From contig JBHGNT010000010.1 in NCBI GenBank assembly GCA_043228905.1, forward strand, positions 18,600,001-18,664,000: a stretch of 64,000 bases of DNA, written 5' to 3'. Below the pieces are notes generated by a model, which worked only from the letters and a program-made list of their open reading frames with translations, made no database searches and was not told the DNA's origin. The first letter of the stretch is position 1, and each line of letters begins with the position of its first letter. Origin of the DNA: Azolla caroliniana (Eukaryota; Plantae; Polypodiophyta). Below, one piece after another: positions 50,330-63,012 of this stretch. Position numbers and translations under genes: made by a program.

Positions 50330-52514
50330 TGTCACGGACACACCAAGCGCGGACTAGGACGGAGCACAGATGATGGGGCTACAAGCGACGGATGAACTTG
50401 GAGCTAGATGTGACAAGGTTAGGAACTCTAGATGTTGTGAGCGACATGAGGGCATGAAGACAGAAATAAAGATCAAGGAGACAAAGATGAGGCGAAACGA
50501 GAATACTAGATTGATGTGACAATGACTGGTGTTGAATATCTTGAAAGGGACCAAGGAGATTACAAGTATTTATACATGTTTCAGGATTGAATATCTCTAG
50601 ATATACTCGAGAAATATCTCCAGAATATACTCGTCTAGAATATGTCGTACAATATTTCCAGAATACACTACTGATTAGAATATTCTGATTTTGAAATGCA
50701 TTATATGATAGACTATAGAATTATACTAAACTATTATATACAAATGCCTGCTCATATTAAAATGGTTGAGTATGACATCTTATAGTTGTGAGGTTGCAGG
50801 TTCAATCCTCACTAACTATCTATTTAACAGATTCGTTGTGTCGTGACGTTATCCTCCCCTTTACGGACGCCTTTTCGAAAGCGTGGTGTAGGGGTGGACG
50901 GGAATTGGAACATGAACAGCAGCAGGCATGAGCGACCATGTCGGTCATCGCCAGAGACTGGAACACGAATACCAACGGGCGTGAGTGACCATGTGCGGTC
51001 CTCACAGGGAACACGAACACCAACGGGCATGAGAGACCATGTCAGTCCTCGCCGATAGTTGGAATACGAACACCAAAGAGCGTGAGCGACCATGCGGCCC
51101 TCACCGAGAACTAAACACGAACGGGCGTGAGTGACCATGCAGCCCGCACCAAGAACTAGAACACGAATGAACGTCAGCGACCATGTGTGCCCCTCATCGG
51201 GAACTGGAACGTGAGCGACCATGTGCGGTCCTCATCGAAAACACGAAAGGGCATGAGCGACCATGCGGCCCTTACCGAGAACTGAACACGAACGGACGTG
51301 AGTGACCATGTGGACCTCACCGAGAACTGAACACAAACAAGCGTGAGAGACCATACGGCCCTCACCGAGAACTGGAACATGAACGAACGTAAGCGACCAT
51401 GTGGCCCTCACCGAGAACTAAACACGAACGGACGTGAGCGACCATGCGACCCTCACCGAGAACTAAAACAACAACGAGCGAACGAGTGCAAGTGAAGCGG
51501 TCGACTTGACTTCTTCTATTATGAGAGGGTAAATAGTCAAGGTTGACCCAAGACACGGCACAAACAGTAGTGCTAGCGAGAAACCCACGCGATCCCCACC
51601 AGGAAAGTGAGCAGTTGTGACCCCACCAAAACTAGAAAGTGAGCAATCAAAATTGGTCCTCACCAACAGAATTTGGCGCGAGACTTGAACTATAACGAAA
51701 ATGCAGTACAAGCGAGCAATGATCTGATCCCCACCAGGAAAGTGAGTGGTTATGACCCCCACTGGAACTGGGAAGGTGAGTGATCAAAAGCACTCCTCAC
51801 AAAAACCGTGATTCAAAATGATACCTAAAAATGATGACAAGTAGTGTTGATGATGACAATGGTTGGGCGAAGAGGTGCTAAAAATGATGTCGTCGAAGAC
51901 AAGGATGTTTATGACGATAACTCCGGAAGTAAGGATGGTGATGATGGTAACTCTAGAAGCAAAGGCGATGACGAAGACGGGTGGTGCTCCCAGTTGGAAG
52001 GGATTCAAACTATCACAGACACACCAAGTGTGGACTAGGACGGAGCACAATTGATGGGGCTACGAGCGACGGATGAACTTGGTGCTAGATGTGACAAGGC
52101 TAGGAACTCTAGATGTTGTGAGCAACATGAGGGCATGAAGATAGAAATAAAGATCAAGGAGACAAAGATGAGGCGAAACGAGAATACTAGATTGATGTGT
52201 CAATGACTGGTGTTGAATCCATTGAAAGGGACCAAGGAGGTTACAAGTATTTATACATGTTCCAAGATTGAATATCTCTAGAATATACTCGAGAAATATT
52301 TCTAGAATATACTCGTCTGAATATGTCGTGCAATATTTCCAGAATATACTATTGACTAGAATATTCTAATTCTAAAATGTATTATATGCTAGACTATAGA
52401 ATATTAAACCTTTATATTGCTCATATCAAAATGGTTGAGCATGACATCTTGTAGCTGTGAGGTTGTTGGTTCAATCCTCAATAACTACCTTTTTGACATC
52501 GTTGTGTCGTGACA
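50330..52514 (-). mobile_element. Non-autonomous LTR retrotransposon (TRIM/LARD-like) with ~510-bp LTRs and a non-coding interior
   Basis: LTRs 50330-50848 and 52011-52514 with TGTCAC..GTGACA-type termini; PPT AAAGGGGAGGATAA (50849-50862, minus); non-tRNA PBS at 51998-52008; LINE sequence resumes on both sides with 5 extra bp (degenerate TSD). Confidence 0.85.
50925..51480. repeat. Tandem array of ~40-55 bp units (GAGCGACCATGCGGCCCTCACCGAGAACTAAACACGAACG) inside the LTR element
   Basis: About 12 recurrences of GACCAT with a conserved downstream sequence. Confidence 0.85.
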
Positions 52515-55132
52515 TTGTTTTGGTGTATTACTTTATTATGGTCCTCATGGGAGATTAAAGTTTTATCAATCCCGTGGTTGTACCTAAGGAGAGGTGGGTT
52601 ATTAATGTCTAGGTTGTTCGTAAGAAGCCAACTCACTATCATGCTATACCAAGAGCTAGTATATCCAGACTCATAAAGTGATGGAGATGCCTCAAAATCT
52701 TGGCGAGATATCCTACCTTGTGGTTGGCTATGTATCCTATGAATAAAGACTACAAGTTGAAAAAGTGATTCTACTAACAGCGGAGACAAAGTGAACCCAA
52801 CTCTAATAATGTCATGTGGTATTGTCTATTTGATTTGGAGTTTATGTGATAACATCGTCACTCGTGGCCTCTCTAATTGCGTCCACATGAAAGATGGTAG
52901 CCCTAGAGCCCAAACCACTGATGGATACATGAGGGAAGGGGTCGTTGATGAGTTGAAGAGCCAACCCTTAGTTTGTGGCTCTTGAAAGTATGCATGGTGG
53001 CATCGTCTCTCTAAGTGTGCGAGGGATGCATATCCTCTCGTAAGGCTATCCTTGCTTGCTTGCGTCATTGAAAATTTGCCTGCGCAGACACTAAAAGTGA
53101 CTCCAAGATATACATATGATTGAACTACCTCAATTGGTCTATGGGAGAGGGTTATGTGACACTTAGTTTTAACTCGCGTCGATGTGTGAAAGATAAGGTC
53201 TTTAGTTTTCCCTAAATTCACTACCAATCCTCGTTGTGTGCAAAGTCATCTAAGGCATTAAGGTGTCTTTGTAGGTCATGTTTAGACTCAGAGAACAAAA
53301 CTATGTCGTATGCATAGAGCAAGATATTAACTTGTGTACCCCCAAGGACTACTTTGTTGCCTTCCTTACGAACAATGTAGACCTGTGATCTCATCAATGT
53401 AGATCCCAAAAAGAATCGGTGATAGGGGGCAACCTTGTTTTACACCAATGGTGCTAGTGAAGCAATTGGATAGGCCACATGGGCATCTTACATAGCCAGA
53501 GAGTTCCTCATATAGTGCATAGGTGGCCCAAATCATGTCATATAGTATCTCCAAGCTTTTAAGCCTATCAAATACCCGCTCTCTAGGGACTGTGTCAAAG
53601 GCTTTTCAAAGCCTATCAAATAACTTCTTCTTGTGAGCCTTTCTCTAGTCAATTAAACATCTAAGTGTGAAGATATGGTCAATAGTAGAGAAGGCTCATC
53701 TAAAGCCAACTTGTTCAGGTGGTTGAAGTTGGCTTTGCTTCCCTTACTGCACCATATAATTTAGCGAGTGTATGACCTTTCATAATGGTCCTATATCTAT
53801 TTGGGTCCATGGAGTTCCCTCATGTATGTATGGGGGTTGTGACTGTGTTCATAAGCCACTGTGGTGGAAAACCCTTGGTGAGGGCACGATTGAAGATTAG
53901 AGTTAGAAAAGGCATTATGCACTCTTACGCATTCTACTCACAATCCCGTGTGGTCCATGAACTTCCCGTGTTGTAATTTCTTTATGACCTTCATGACCCT
54001 AGAGGTAGGGAAAACCATCCCCATGGTAGGTCGTGGTGTAGAAGGCATGGGAATGGGTGGCTGGTTCGGGACTTGATAAAGCCTCACTGTATATGTGTGC
54101 CAAGTGTTGGGATCCTCAATGAGTGTTTGTGGTCTTGGTTCCCGTAGTCTCTTCCATGCAGTGGTGCAATCGTTATTCATGAGCATATGGTAGGTTCCCA
54201 ATATTGAGATGTCTCCCATGCTCGTCTCTTACAACGTGTCATCTTGCACATTTCTTTGTGAGACTGTACTAAGGTAATAGTACCATTGAATCGTAATACT
54301 TTAAGTTGTCTATATAAGTATCTACAATCCTCACCATACCATCTATTTTGTGGCATAGACCCAATTCTTCCTTGTTGGAGTGTTTCATATATGGGAACGC
54401 TGTCGTGCCTTTCGGCTCCGGATCGTTGCGTGAGTCGGGTGGGAACCGCCGAGGTTTTGGACTAGGAGGAAGAAAAATACAAATAAGGCTAGTAAAGAAT
54501 ACGTATAAAGAGTTATAAGATAAGAATCTCGTGAATCCCACGAGTTTAGTATATTTAGTCAATATTTAGGTAAGAATATGTATTTAGATTGAAAGAAAGA
54601 TATAAGAAACTTGTGAATCCCACAAGTATAGATTATATTATTTTCGTGAATCCCACAATTATATTAATCGGTTGGTGTTTTCGGAAATATATCCAATTTC
54701 CAAATATTTCACACACCTATTACATTGTGCTCCCCATCCTTATGTAGTGATGGGAGAGACTAAGCATAGCTACATGCTTTTTTTTTCTAACATGTTCATG
54801 CACACTAAATGTGCATGTGATGCTTTTCTAATCCTTGCTTTTATTTGCTAAATATAGTGCTCATGCACGCTAGATGTGCATGAGTCACTTTTTAGTTGCT
54901 TGCGTTTTTCTATAAAATATTCACGCACTCTAAAAATGCATGATTTACCTTTTAATAAAGGTAGGCGCAAATAAAGAACTTATAGTTATTAATCTATTTA
55001 TAGAGTACTAAAGATAAGGTAGCATAATGGTAAAGTTGAGATTTGTCAACGTGGAGATGCAGAGTTCGAATCATGCCCTGCGCAATAGTGAGTATTTCCT
55101 TATTTTTACATTTATGCCTCTTTATCCGGCTC

Positions 55133-55206
55133 TTCCTTGCCGGTATGCCGTTTTCTTCCTTGCCGGTATGCCGTTTTCCTCCTTGCCGGTATGCCGTTTT
55201 CTTCCG
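55133..55206. repeat. 3 x 22-23 bp tandem repeat TTCCTTGCCGGTATGCCGTTTT
   Basis: Directly visible. Confidence 0.8.
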
Positions 55207-55875
55207 GTTCTCACCGAGCACTCCATTCTCTATCCGGAGGGACAAAAATATAATTTCCACATAGTGTGCAACCTACACTACGACAACGCGCTAATTGTTG
55301 CGGAGTGAAGGATGTGTGTGAGTTCCGTAGTAAGGTTCTCTAAAGGCAACGAGGAATCAAGATGGGCCTGAACATGTCAGAAGTAGATGTCATAGAGCCC
55401 ATGTGTGAAATGTATTGTTGTGTGATGGTTTGGTTGACTAGAGTTTGTGGCATTAGAGATATCGTATTTTAGCTCAAAGTATAAGAAGCTATGGTTCGCG
55501 CCAATAGGACATGGGGCGACACGGAAGGAGTTAATCATGTGGATAGCTTTAAGGCATCATGTTAGATAATCAATTGTGCTTTCCCGTCCTCCATGTGGGA
55601 AATATGTGAGCTCTTCCGAGCCCGGCCACTTGGCTAAACCATTATATATATGACCATCCAATGCCGAGTGCCAAGTTCGAGTAGATGATGGCCAAAGTTC
55701 ATGGCATCCACACCTTGATCTTTTGATCTACGTGTGATGCCTATGGATAAAGGATCGGCATTTATCATTTATAGGTTTCTATCCATTTGAAATATTGTGC
55801 ACTATCAGGATTGGGTTCTCGTATTGAAATCTCCTACAAGGAAGACTTCTCCTTGAGAAGAATAAATTCGGATCA

Positions 55876-57059
55876 AGAGAGAGAGAGAGAGAGAGAGATT
55901 ATTGTCTTTTAAGACCAAATTTTTGGCCCATGAGACAATTGATTTACATCAAAATGGGATGTGTACCCAATCATCGAGAATAAAAGAAAATAAAACTTAG
56001 ATAAAAGAGTTCTCATGTTCTATAAAACATGTTATGGTGTAATATATTCTATAAAGGAAATGACTATGTGCTAGGCCTAGTTTCATTTCCATCCAAAGGG
56101 TTTCGGTGTGGGTGTGGCCCATGGTCCCAATGTAAAAGGTAAACCTGACCATAGCTTCGAGGTGGTGTAACTCACATTCGCTTATCTTTTTAATTACTTC
56201 TACACAAGGAGTGACTTTAGGCCTAGCATCCGAGGGAGTTTGGTTGTTCTTTGGTTTTTTGCTTCAACGATGGAGAGGTCAAGTGGTGCAGGTGTGTCCA
56301 TGCTCATTGTCCCCCCTTGTCCCTGAAAAATTTCATTGGTTACATGTTGGTGAATATTAGAAAGGTTATGGTTAGCATTTTGTAGTTTATTCTCTCTATG
56401 TTGTTTTAGCTCTAAGATATATCTACCTAATTTCTTTATATCTAAGTATCTAACAGTTGGGAGAGGTTGGGAGAGGGTCCTAGTATGTCGTGGTATTTTT
56501 CCCTTATCTTGACATAAGCAGGACACTTGCATGTAAAGTGATACTCATCATCTATCTCTATATGACATAATCTACATATCCTTTCCTCTATGGGGACTCC
56601 ATTAGCACGACAATTCTCAACCTCAAGTTGATAACACTCTAAGTTGTCCAATGGCAACCATTAGTGCATTTGGTAATAATGTATCTAGATATTTTGGTCA
56701 TATAATAAAACCTAACTTAGAGAAGTGCATGAAGTGTTCCTTATAGTACAACATTTTAGATAGGAGTGACTCTAGTGGGTTGATCCATTTATGTCGAGTG
56801 TAAATTTATCATATTTTTTGGCGTATTAATTTATTACGATCCTCATGAGAGATTAATTTAAGTTTTATCGGTCTCGTGGTTGTACCTAAGAGGAGGTAGT
56901 TTATTAATGTCTAGGCCATTTGCAAGAAGCCAACTTACCACAAAGCTAGTATCTCCAAACTCATAGAGTGATCAAGATGCCTCAAAAGCTTTATGAGATA
57001 TTCTATCTTTGTGATTGGCTATGTATCCTATTAATAAAAACTACAAGCTGAAAAATAAT
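55876..57059 (-). mobile_element. RTEX-like LINE copy 2 (3' ~1.16 kb), joined 5' to a tRNA-Gly copy
   Basis: Matches 61780-63020 in reverse (ERICRLCHIEIDDEYHFTCKC; 3'UTR); (GA)n tail 55876-55898. Confidence 0.85.
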
Positions 57060-57127
57060 TGCATTGGTCGTGAATCTAACTTGGGTCTGTACCATGGCAA
57101 TGTACTATTCTACCACTAGACCACCAA
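57060..57127 (-). pseudogene. tRNA-Gly(GCC)-derived pseudogene lacking its first 3 nt, with a damaged T-arm/B box
   Basis: Minus strand TTGGTGGTCTAGTGGTAGAATAGTACATTGCCATGGTACAGACCCAAGTTAGATTCACGACCAATGCA aligns colinearly to plant tRNA-Gly(GCC) (..GTGGTCTAGTGGTAGAATAGTACCCTGCCACGGTACAGACCCGGGTTCGATTCCCGGC..); TTGG/CCAA acceptor stem retained. Confidence 0.85.
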
Positions 57128-58929
57128 GAGAGAGAGAGAAAGAGAGATGTGTTTCCCTTAATTACCTGGGATGCCCCTAGGTTTCTGTTATTCTCCAAAA
57201 GACTACCCTTGGCCTATAAGGGGATGACCGTATCTGTTGCTTGAGCAACTAACTGTTCATTTCTTTAGGCGATTTTCGTTGATGGACCATGGTGTCACAT
57301 GTTCACGGAATAAGCCAAAACCCTTTATACCTGCCCACCCATGACCATTTAGTTTCCCGCTCTGATGCTCTCTCCGTTCCGAGTCCAACCTCTCCATCCA
57401 TCGTCCTATCACAAGCACCAACTACACAAAACAAACAAGACAATCAAAACTCTCAAGAGCATTCTAGGGACTTTAAAGAAAGGTCGACGACGTATTTGTA
57501 TTACCATGAACATTCGACCAGGAGTCAGTCTCACCCATGAATGAATGTTGCTTCATCTGGATTGGTCATTAGGTTTACACACTCCAAAGACGCAATCGAA
57601 AGGTACAAATTGGCAATAAGAGTCGGTTATCAACAACCATATTATAGATAATAACTACTTGTAAAACTTTCTCTCTCGTTTGTGCTAGGACCAAACCTAA
57701 TGGATAATCCAAAGTTTGTCAATCCATCCAGATACTAGTATCTCACTATGTCCACAACTTCAGTAGATGTCACTATGTGAATACGTGACCTTGTAAACTC
57801 TTCCAAACAACTTAACCAATTGAGCTACAATTACGTGGGATCCTCCATGGAGTTGCACCCTAGTAGTAGTCCATATATTTGACTAGTTATGCATTGGGGC
57901 CTAAATCTCAATGCATGCATGGCATTGCATACGTAGATTTAATGCTTAAAAAGAGAGTATTAGACACATAAATATAGCTAATGTGTTTGGAAAGTTGTCA
58001 AATGGAGACTAAATATCAATCCCTAGACAATCCACCTTAGTGTTAAACCATGTTCAAATCAACCCGAACACATGCATTCAAATCTAGTTAACTAGATGCC
58101 ACCCATGAACTTGGGTCCAAATCTCAATAATTGCATTAATATACGTGACATCACTAGGGAATGTATGCATTGCACGCATGAATCACAAGTATTGGAAGTC
58201 CTATTGGTCGTGCTAAATCCCAACTTTGAAGCTCATGTAGAGTAAGAAAGCTCATGACGGTTCTTGTGACACGTGGTCCAATTTAATAATCATTGTCTTG
58301 TGTCAAGTGTTTTTCTCACCTCACAAATGTATGTTATGTTAATTTTTGCCATATATCTATAAGAGAGTGTTGTGTACTAAAAAGAAAGAATGGTCACCAT
58401 TCAAAATAATTGGGAATCATTCTAATTGTTGAATATTTATGCTCCCAGATTATTCTTTATCATATTTTCAGTCAAGTAGTCACTTTTATGCTCCAAATTA
58501 TTCTATATTGTGTAATTGTGGTGCATGTGCCACACCATATCATCATATCATATTTGATATGCCATTGTAATTGTATGTTTCTCATTTCTTTTGACAACCT
58601 TTATATTCCTGGGTGGATCAAGTATTCCCTCGGCCTAGAAAGCAATGGTTTGCTTGTCCATTCATCAACAAAAGTTGCTTCCCAAATTGGGTTGAAGAAA
58701 TTGATTGAATAAGCTCTATGGCTACCAACTTTGTTGCGGACACTCCCAAGTGTAAACCTTGGGGATATACTACACTAGGTAAAAGAACCAAGAAAACAAA
58801 GAAATACATTAACCTATTTATAATTTGCGTTCTCGGTGTGATAATCGATCATATCTATCGCAATTTTTTGGCGAGTAACTTCAGTAACAATCGTTTGTCT
58901 CAAGTTTCAACAGTGTTCTCATGAGGTTT

Positions 58930-59190
58930 TTTGTCTTTCCCAAATGAGGTTAGCTACTCATTTTATGCTCGCACCCCATGTTCTCAAGTCACTTCATGTA
59001 CTTGCCATTGGGAAATATTTGTCTCTCCACATGAGGTTAGCTACTCCTCATTTTATGTTTGCACCCCATGTTCGCAAATCACTTCATGTACTTGCCATTG
59101 GGAGATATTTGTCTCTCCAAATGAGGTTAGCTACTTCTAGTTTTATGCTTGTACCCTAGGTTCTCAAATCAATGCATGTACTTGCCATGT
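58930..59190. repeat. 3 x ~88-bp tandem repeat (ATGAGGTTAGCTACT...CATGTACTTGCCAT)
   Basis: Directly visible. Confidence 0.8.
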
Positions 59191-59979
59191 GTCGTGACTT
59201 GATGTGAGTAGGCACATTTCTTAATATACTCTTCAAGCCATTAGAATTTTTCCCCTTAAATAATAGATTGAGGTCACATGCACATATCACCTTCCCAATA
59301 TCCAGTATCGATGTGGTTGCAATAGCACCCAAACATAGATATACATTGGGTTGTATTCCACTTTGGTGGAGGGCTTCTTATGCGGCTATGTAAAATATGA
59401 GCTTTGATTCTCCTATCCTTTCTTTTCCTCTATCTACACATTTATACATTCTTCAACATGCCATCTTATAATTCATTTTTGGATCTAATCGGCCCATTTG
59501 GATGAAAACGTGTTGCAAATGCTTTTTGAAATACTGCCTCCCCAAAACTTCAATTCTATATGAAGTAGAAATTGCACCATGCACTTAAATTCATAGTATT
59601 TAGTTGTGTTGGCTTACTAATTACACACATGTTCCCATTGCATTGACTAGGTATGTTATCTCCAAGGGCTTGAAATTATGAACCTCTTCAATTGCCTACT
59701 ACTCTTCCTAATAGTGTATTGGTTGCTAACTTTAAAGTAATGCTTACCACCATGACTTTGGCCTTACCCACATTGCCCATTAGACAACCATTTTTATGGA
59801 AAGTAGGCATTGTATTTAAAAACTTTTGCAGTCTCAACTAGGAGATGCCAAAAATGCAATATCATTTGCATAAATCAAAACCATTACTATGAAATGTTTA
59901 ATGAATGGTTTTCTAGGGGGCATCCCTCATGCTCTTCAAAGGCTTCTTGTATGGATACTTCTTTTGACCAATTTAAAAT

Positions 59980-60180
59980 TTAAATAAACCATAGAGGGCA
60001 TAGTTGTTTCACTCCCATAGTGCTCAAGAACATGCATCTCCCTCGCACTACCAAGCCATTGTTGTTTTCATGCATGTTGCCACTACACATTTTTCAATTA
60101 TTTCCCATAACTTTGCATGTGACATTGTGTCAAAAGTCTTTTTAAGACTATAAAACAATACAATAGGCTACTCTCCTCCA
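59980..60180 (-). mobile_element. Old LINE RT remnant
   Basis: Degenerate MGVKQLCPL and LYCF..FDT-like traces on the minus strand. Confidence 0.35.
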
Positions 60181-60465
60181 TTACAACCCATAAAGATGAT
60201 CAATAGTGTTGTGAGTGGCTCAAAAACCTACTTATTCCACAATACAATAGCCTACTCTCCTCCATTACAAGCCATAAAGATAGTTAATCTTGTTGTGTTT
60301 GGGAATCTACTTGTCCCCAACCCTTTGGAGTTTTACTTAACACATTAACTACATTGATGTTTTGCAATACTACCTAAAGTTTGGTCATACAACATCCCAC
60401 CGTGATCATGTGATAGTTGGTAACCTAACAAATGTAGCATGTTAAAGCATCAAGAGTAATCCACA

Positions 60466-60506
<41 letters not shown>

Positions 60507-60638
60507 TTATATATTAGCATCTCTAAAGAGGTCCAAGTGACCTATGAGACCCAGAGTAGGTTACAATCTCATCCATGCAAAGGCAAGGGCTCAAAGAGTT
60601 GCAAATCCCAGGAAGTCTTGGGCTCTCTTTTGCCAAGA

Positions 60639-60683
<45 letters not shown>

Positions 60684-60824
60684 CTTGCTCAAATTTCTCA
60701 AAATTAAGGTACATTTACAACTAGAATCTTAATGAATGTTTTCACATTACAAGTGAAAATGCCAAATGGATAATTCATCTCATCTCTACCACCAAATCCA
60801 TCACTCCCCCTAAACTCCCACATC

Positions 60825-63012
60825 ATAAACTTTAGACGAGCCTTCTCCACTATTGACCACATCTTCACACTTAGGTGCTTAATTGACCAAACAAAGGCTC
60901 GTAAGAAGAAACTATATTGTTGCTTTGTGGACTTTCGCAAAGCCTTTGATACGGTTCCTAGGGAGAGGTTGTTTGATAGACTTAAGAGCTTGGAGATACC
61001 AAATGACACGATTTGGGCCATTTATGCCCTATATGAGCAAGTCTGTGGGCGCGTAAGATGCCCAGGTGGCCTATCCGATTGTTTCACTAGCACCATTGGT
61101 GTAAAACAGGGTTGCCCCCTATCACCGACTCTTTTTGGGATCTACATTGATGAGATCACTGATTTTATTGCTCGTAAGGGAGGCATAGGAGTGGCTATTG
61201 GGGATATGCAAGTTAGTCTCTTACTCTACGCAGACGACATTGTCTTGCTCTCGGAGTCGGAACACGACCTACAAAAGCATCTTAATGCCCTAGATGACTT
61301 TTGTACACAACGAGGACTGGTAGTGAATCTAGCGAAAACTAAAGTCCTTATCTTTCATACATCGTCCAGAGTTAGGAGTAAATGTCACCTCACCCTCTCT
61401 CATAAACTAGTTGAGGTGGTGGGATCTTATGTATACTTGGGAGTCACTTTTAGTGCTCGCTCAGGTAAATTCTCGATGACCCAGGCAGCCAAAGATAGGC
61501 TAACGAGAGGATATGCATCCCTCTCACTCTTAGAGAGACAATGCCACCAAGCATACTTTCAAGAGCCACGGACTAAGGGATGGCTTTTCGACTCATTAGT
61601 GACCCCGTCCCTCATGTATGCATCAGTAGTATGGGCTCCAGGTCTACCATCTTTCATGTGGACGCAATTGGAGAGACCTTTAGTGGTGATGTTATCACGT
61701 CAACTCCGAAGCAAATCGACAGTACCACATGACATTATTAGAGCGGAGTTTAGCCTACCCCCGATGTTAGTAGAAGCACTCTTTCAAGTGGTAGCTTTTA
61801 TTCATCGGATACATAGTCAACCACAAGATAGGATATCCCGTCGAGCCTTTGAGGCATCCCGATCCTTACATGTGTCTGGAGACACTAACTCTTGGTATAG
61901 CATTGTGGTGAGTTGGTTATTTGCAAATGGCATAGACATTAATAACCTACCTCCCCTTAAGTACAACCATGGGACTGATCAAACTTTAATCTCTCGTGAA
62001 GATCGTAATAAAGTGATACGCCAAGAAATATGGCAAATCTACACTCGATACAAATGGATCACCCCACGAGAGCCACTCCCATCTAAAATGGTGTACTATA
62101 AGGAACACTTCTTGCACTTCTCTAAGTTAGGGTTTATTACACGACCAAGATACCTAGATACTTTCTTATCAAATGCATTAAGGGTGGCCATTGGACAACT
62201 TAGGATATCATCTCACCAACTTGAGATTGAGAATGGTCGAGCTAATAGAGTCCCTAGAGAGGAAAGGCTATGTAGGTTATGCCACATAGAGATAGAGGAT
62301 GAGTATCACTTCACATGCAAGTGCCCAACTTATGCCGAGATACGGGCGGAATACCAAGACATACTAGGACCCTCTCCCACCCTCTCCAAACTATTAGATA
62401 CCCCGAGTGTAAAGAGACTAGGTAGGTATATCTTAGAGCTAAAACAACATAGGGAGGATAAATTACAAAGTGTTAATCATAACCCTTTTACTACTCATCA
62501 ACATGTACCTAGTGTAATTTTTCAGGAACATGGGGAGACGATGAATGTGGATACACTTATGCCGCTCGGCCTCTCCCTTGAGGAAGCAGAAATACAAAGA
62601 GCAACCAAACGTCCTCGGATGTTGGGCTTCAACACAAGTCAACGTGGAGTAGAAAAGATTAAGAAGATAAGGGAACGTGAGCTACGTCGACTCGAAGCTA
62701 TGGTTGGGGTACCTCTTACATGGGGACCACGGGCCACATCCACATGGCAACCCTTTGACCCCCCGCTTCTCTTCGAGAGACTTGGATGGAAATGAAATTA
62801 GGCCTAGTATAGAATCATTCTCATTGTAGAACATGTTTTTTATATAGAACATGTTTGTTGTTTTCTTAGAACTATTTAGCTTAAACTCTATTTTATCTTA
62901 TTTTTATTTTTACTTTCGATGAATGGGTAAATATCCCATTTTTGTTGTACACCATTTGTCTCATGGGCCAATTTTGGCCTTAGAAGACGTTAATATATCT
63001 TTCTTTCTTCTT

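Larger units (their letters stand above)
49339..55760 (-). mobile_element. Degenerate RTEX-like LINE copy 1, interrupted by an LTR element (50330-52514) and a ~1-kb unidentified insert (~54270-55265)
   Basis: 3'UTR and tail 49339-49550; ORF end LFERLGWK; RT pieces (GVKQGCPLSP, LLYAYDIV, YVYLGVTF) in 52515-54200; endonuclease-like remnant (ESTIDYL) near 55560-55620; many stops and frameshifts. Confidence 0.8.

Noticed and set aside
50925-51480. CRISPR-like regularly spaced repeats
   Set aside because: No unique spacers, no cas genes, eukaryotic context; it is a tandem array inside an LTR element
51982-52010. TGGTGCTCCC... as a tRNA PBS on the plus strand
   Set aside because: Wrong side and strand relative to the PPT-defined orientation, and not adjacent to an LTR 3' end
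57060-57127. Functional tRNA-Gly gene
   Set aside because: First 3 nt missing, T-stem and B box mutated (GTTAGA), anticodon stem mismatched
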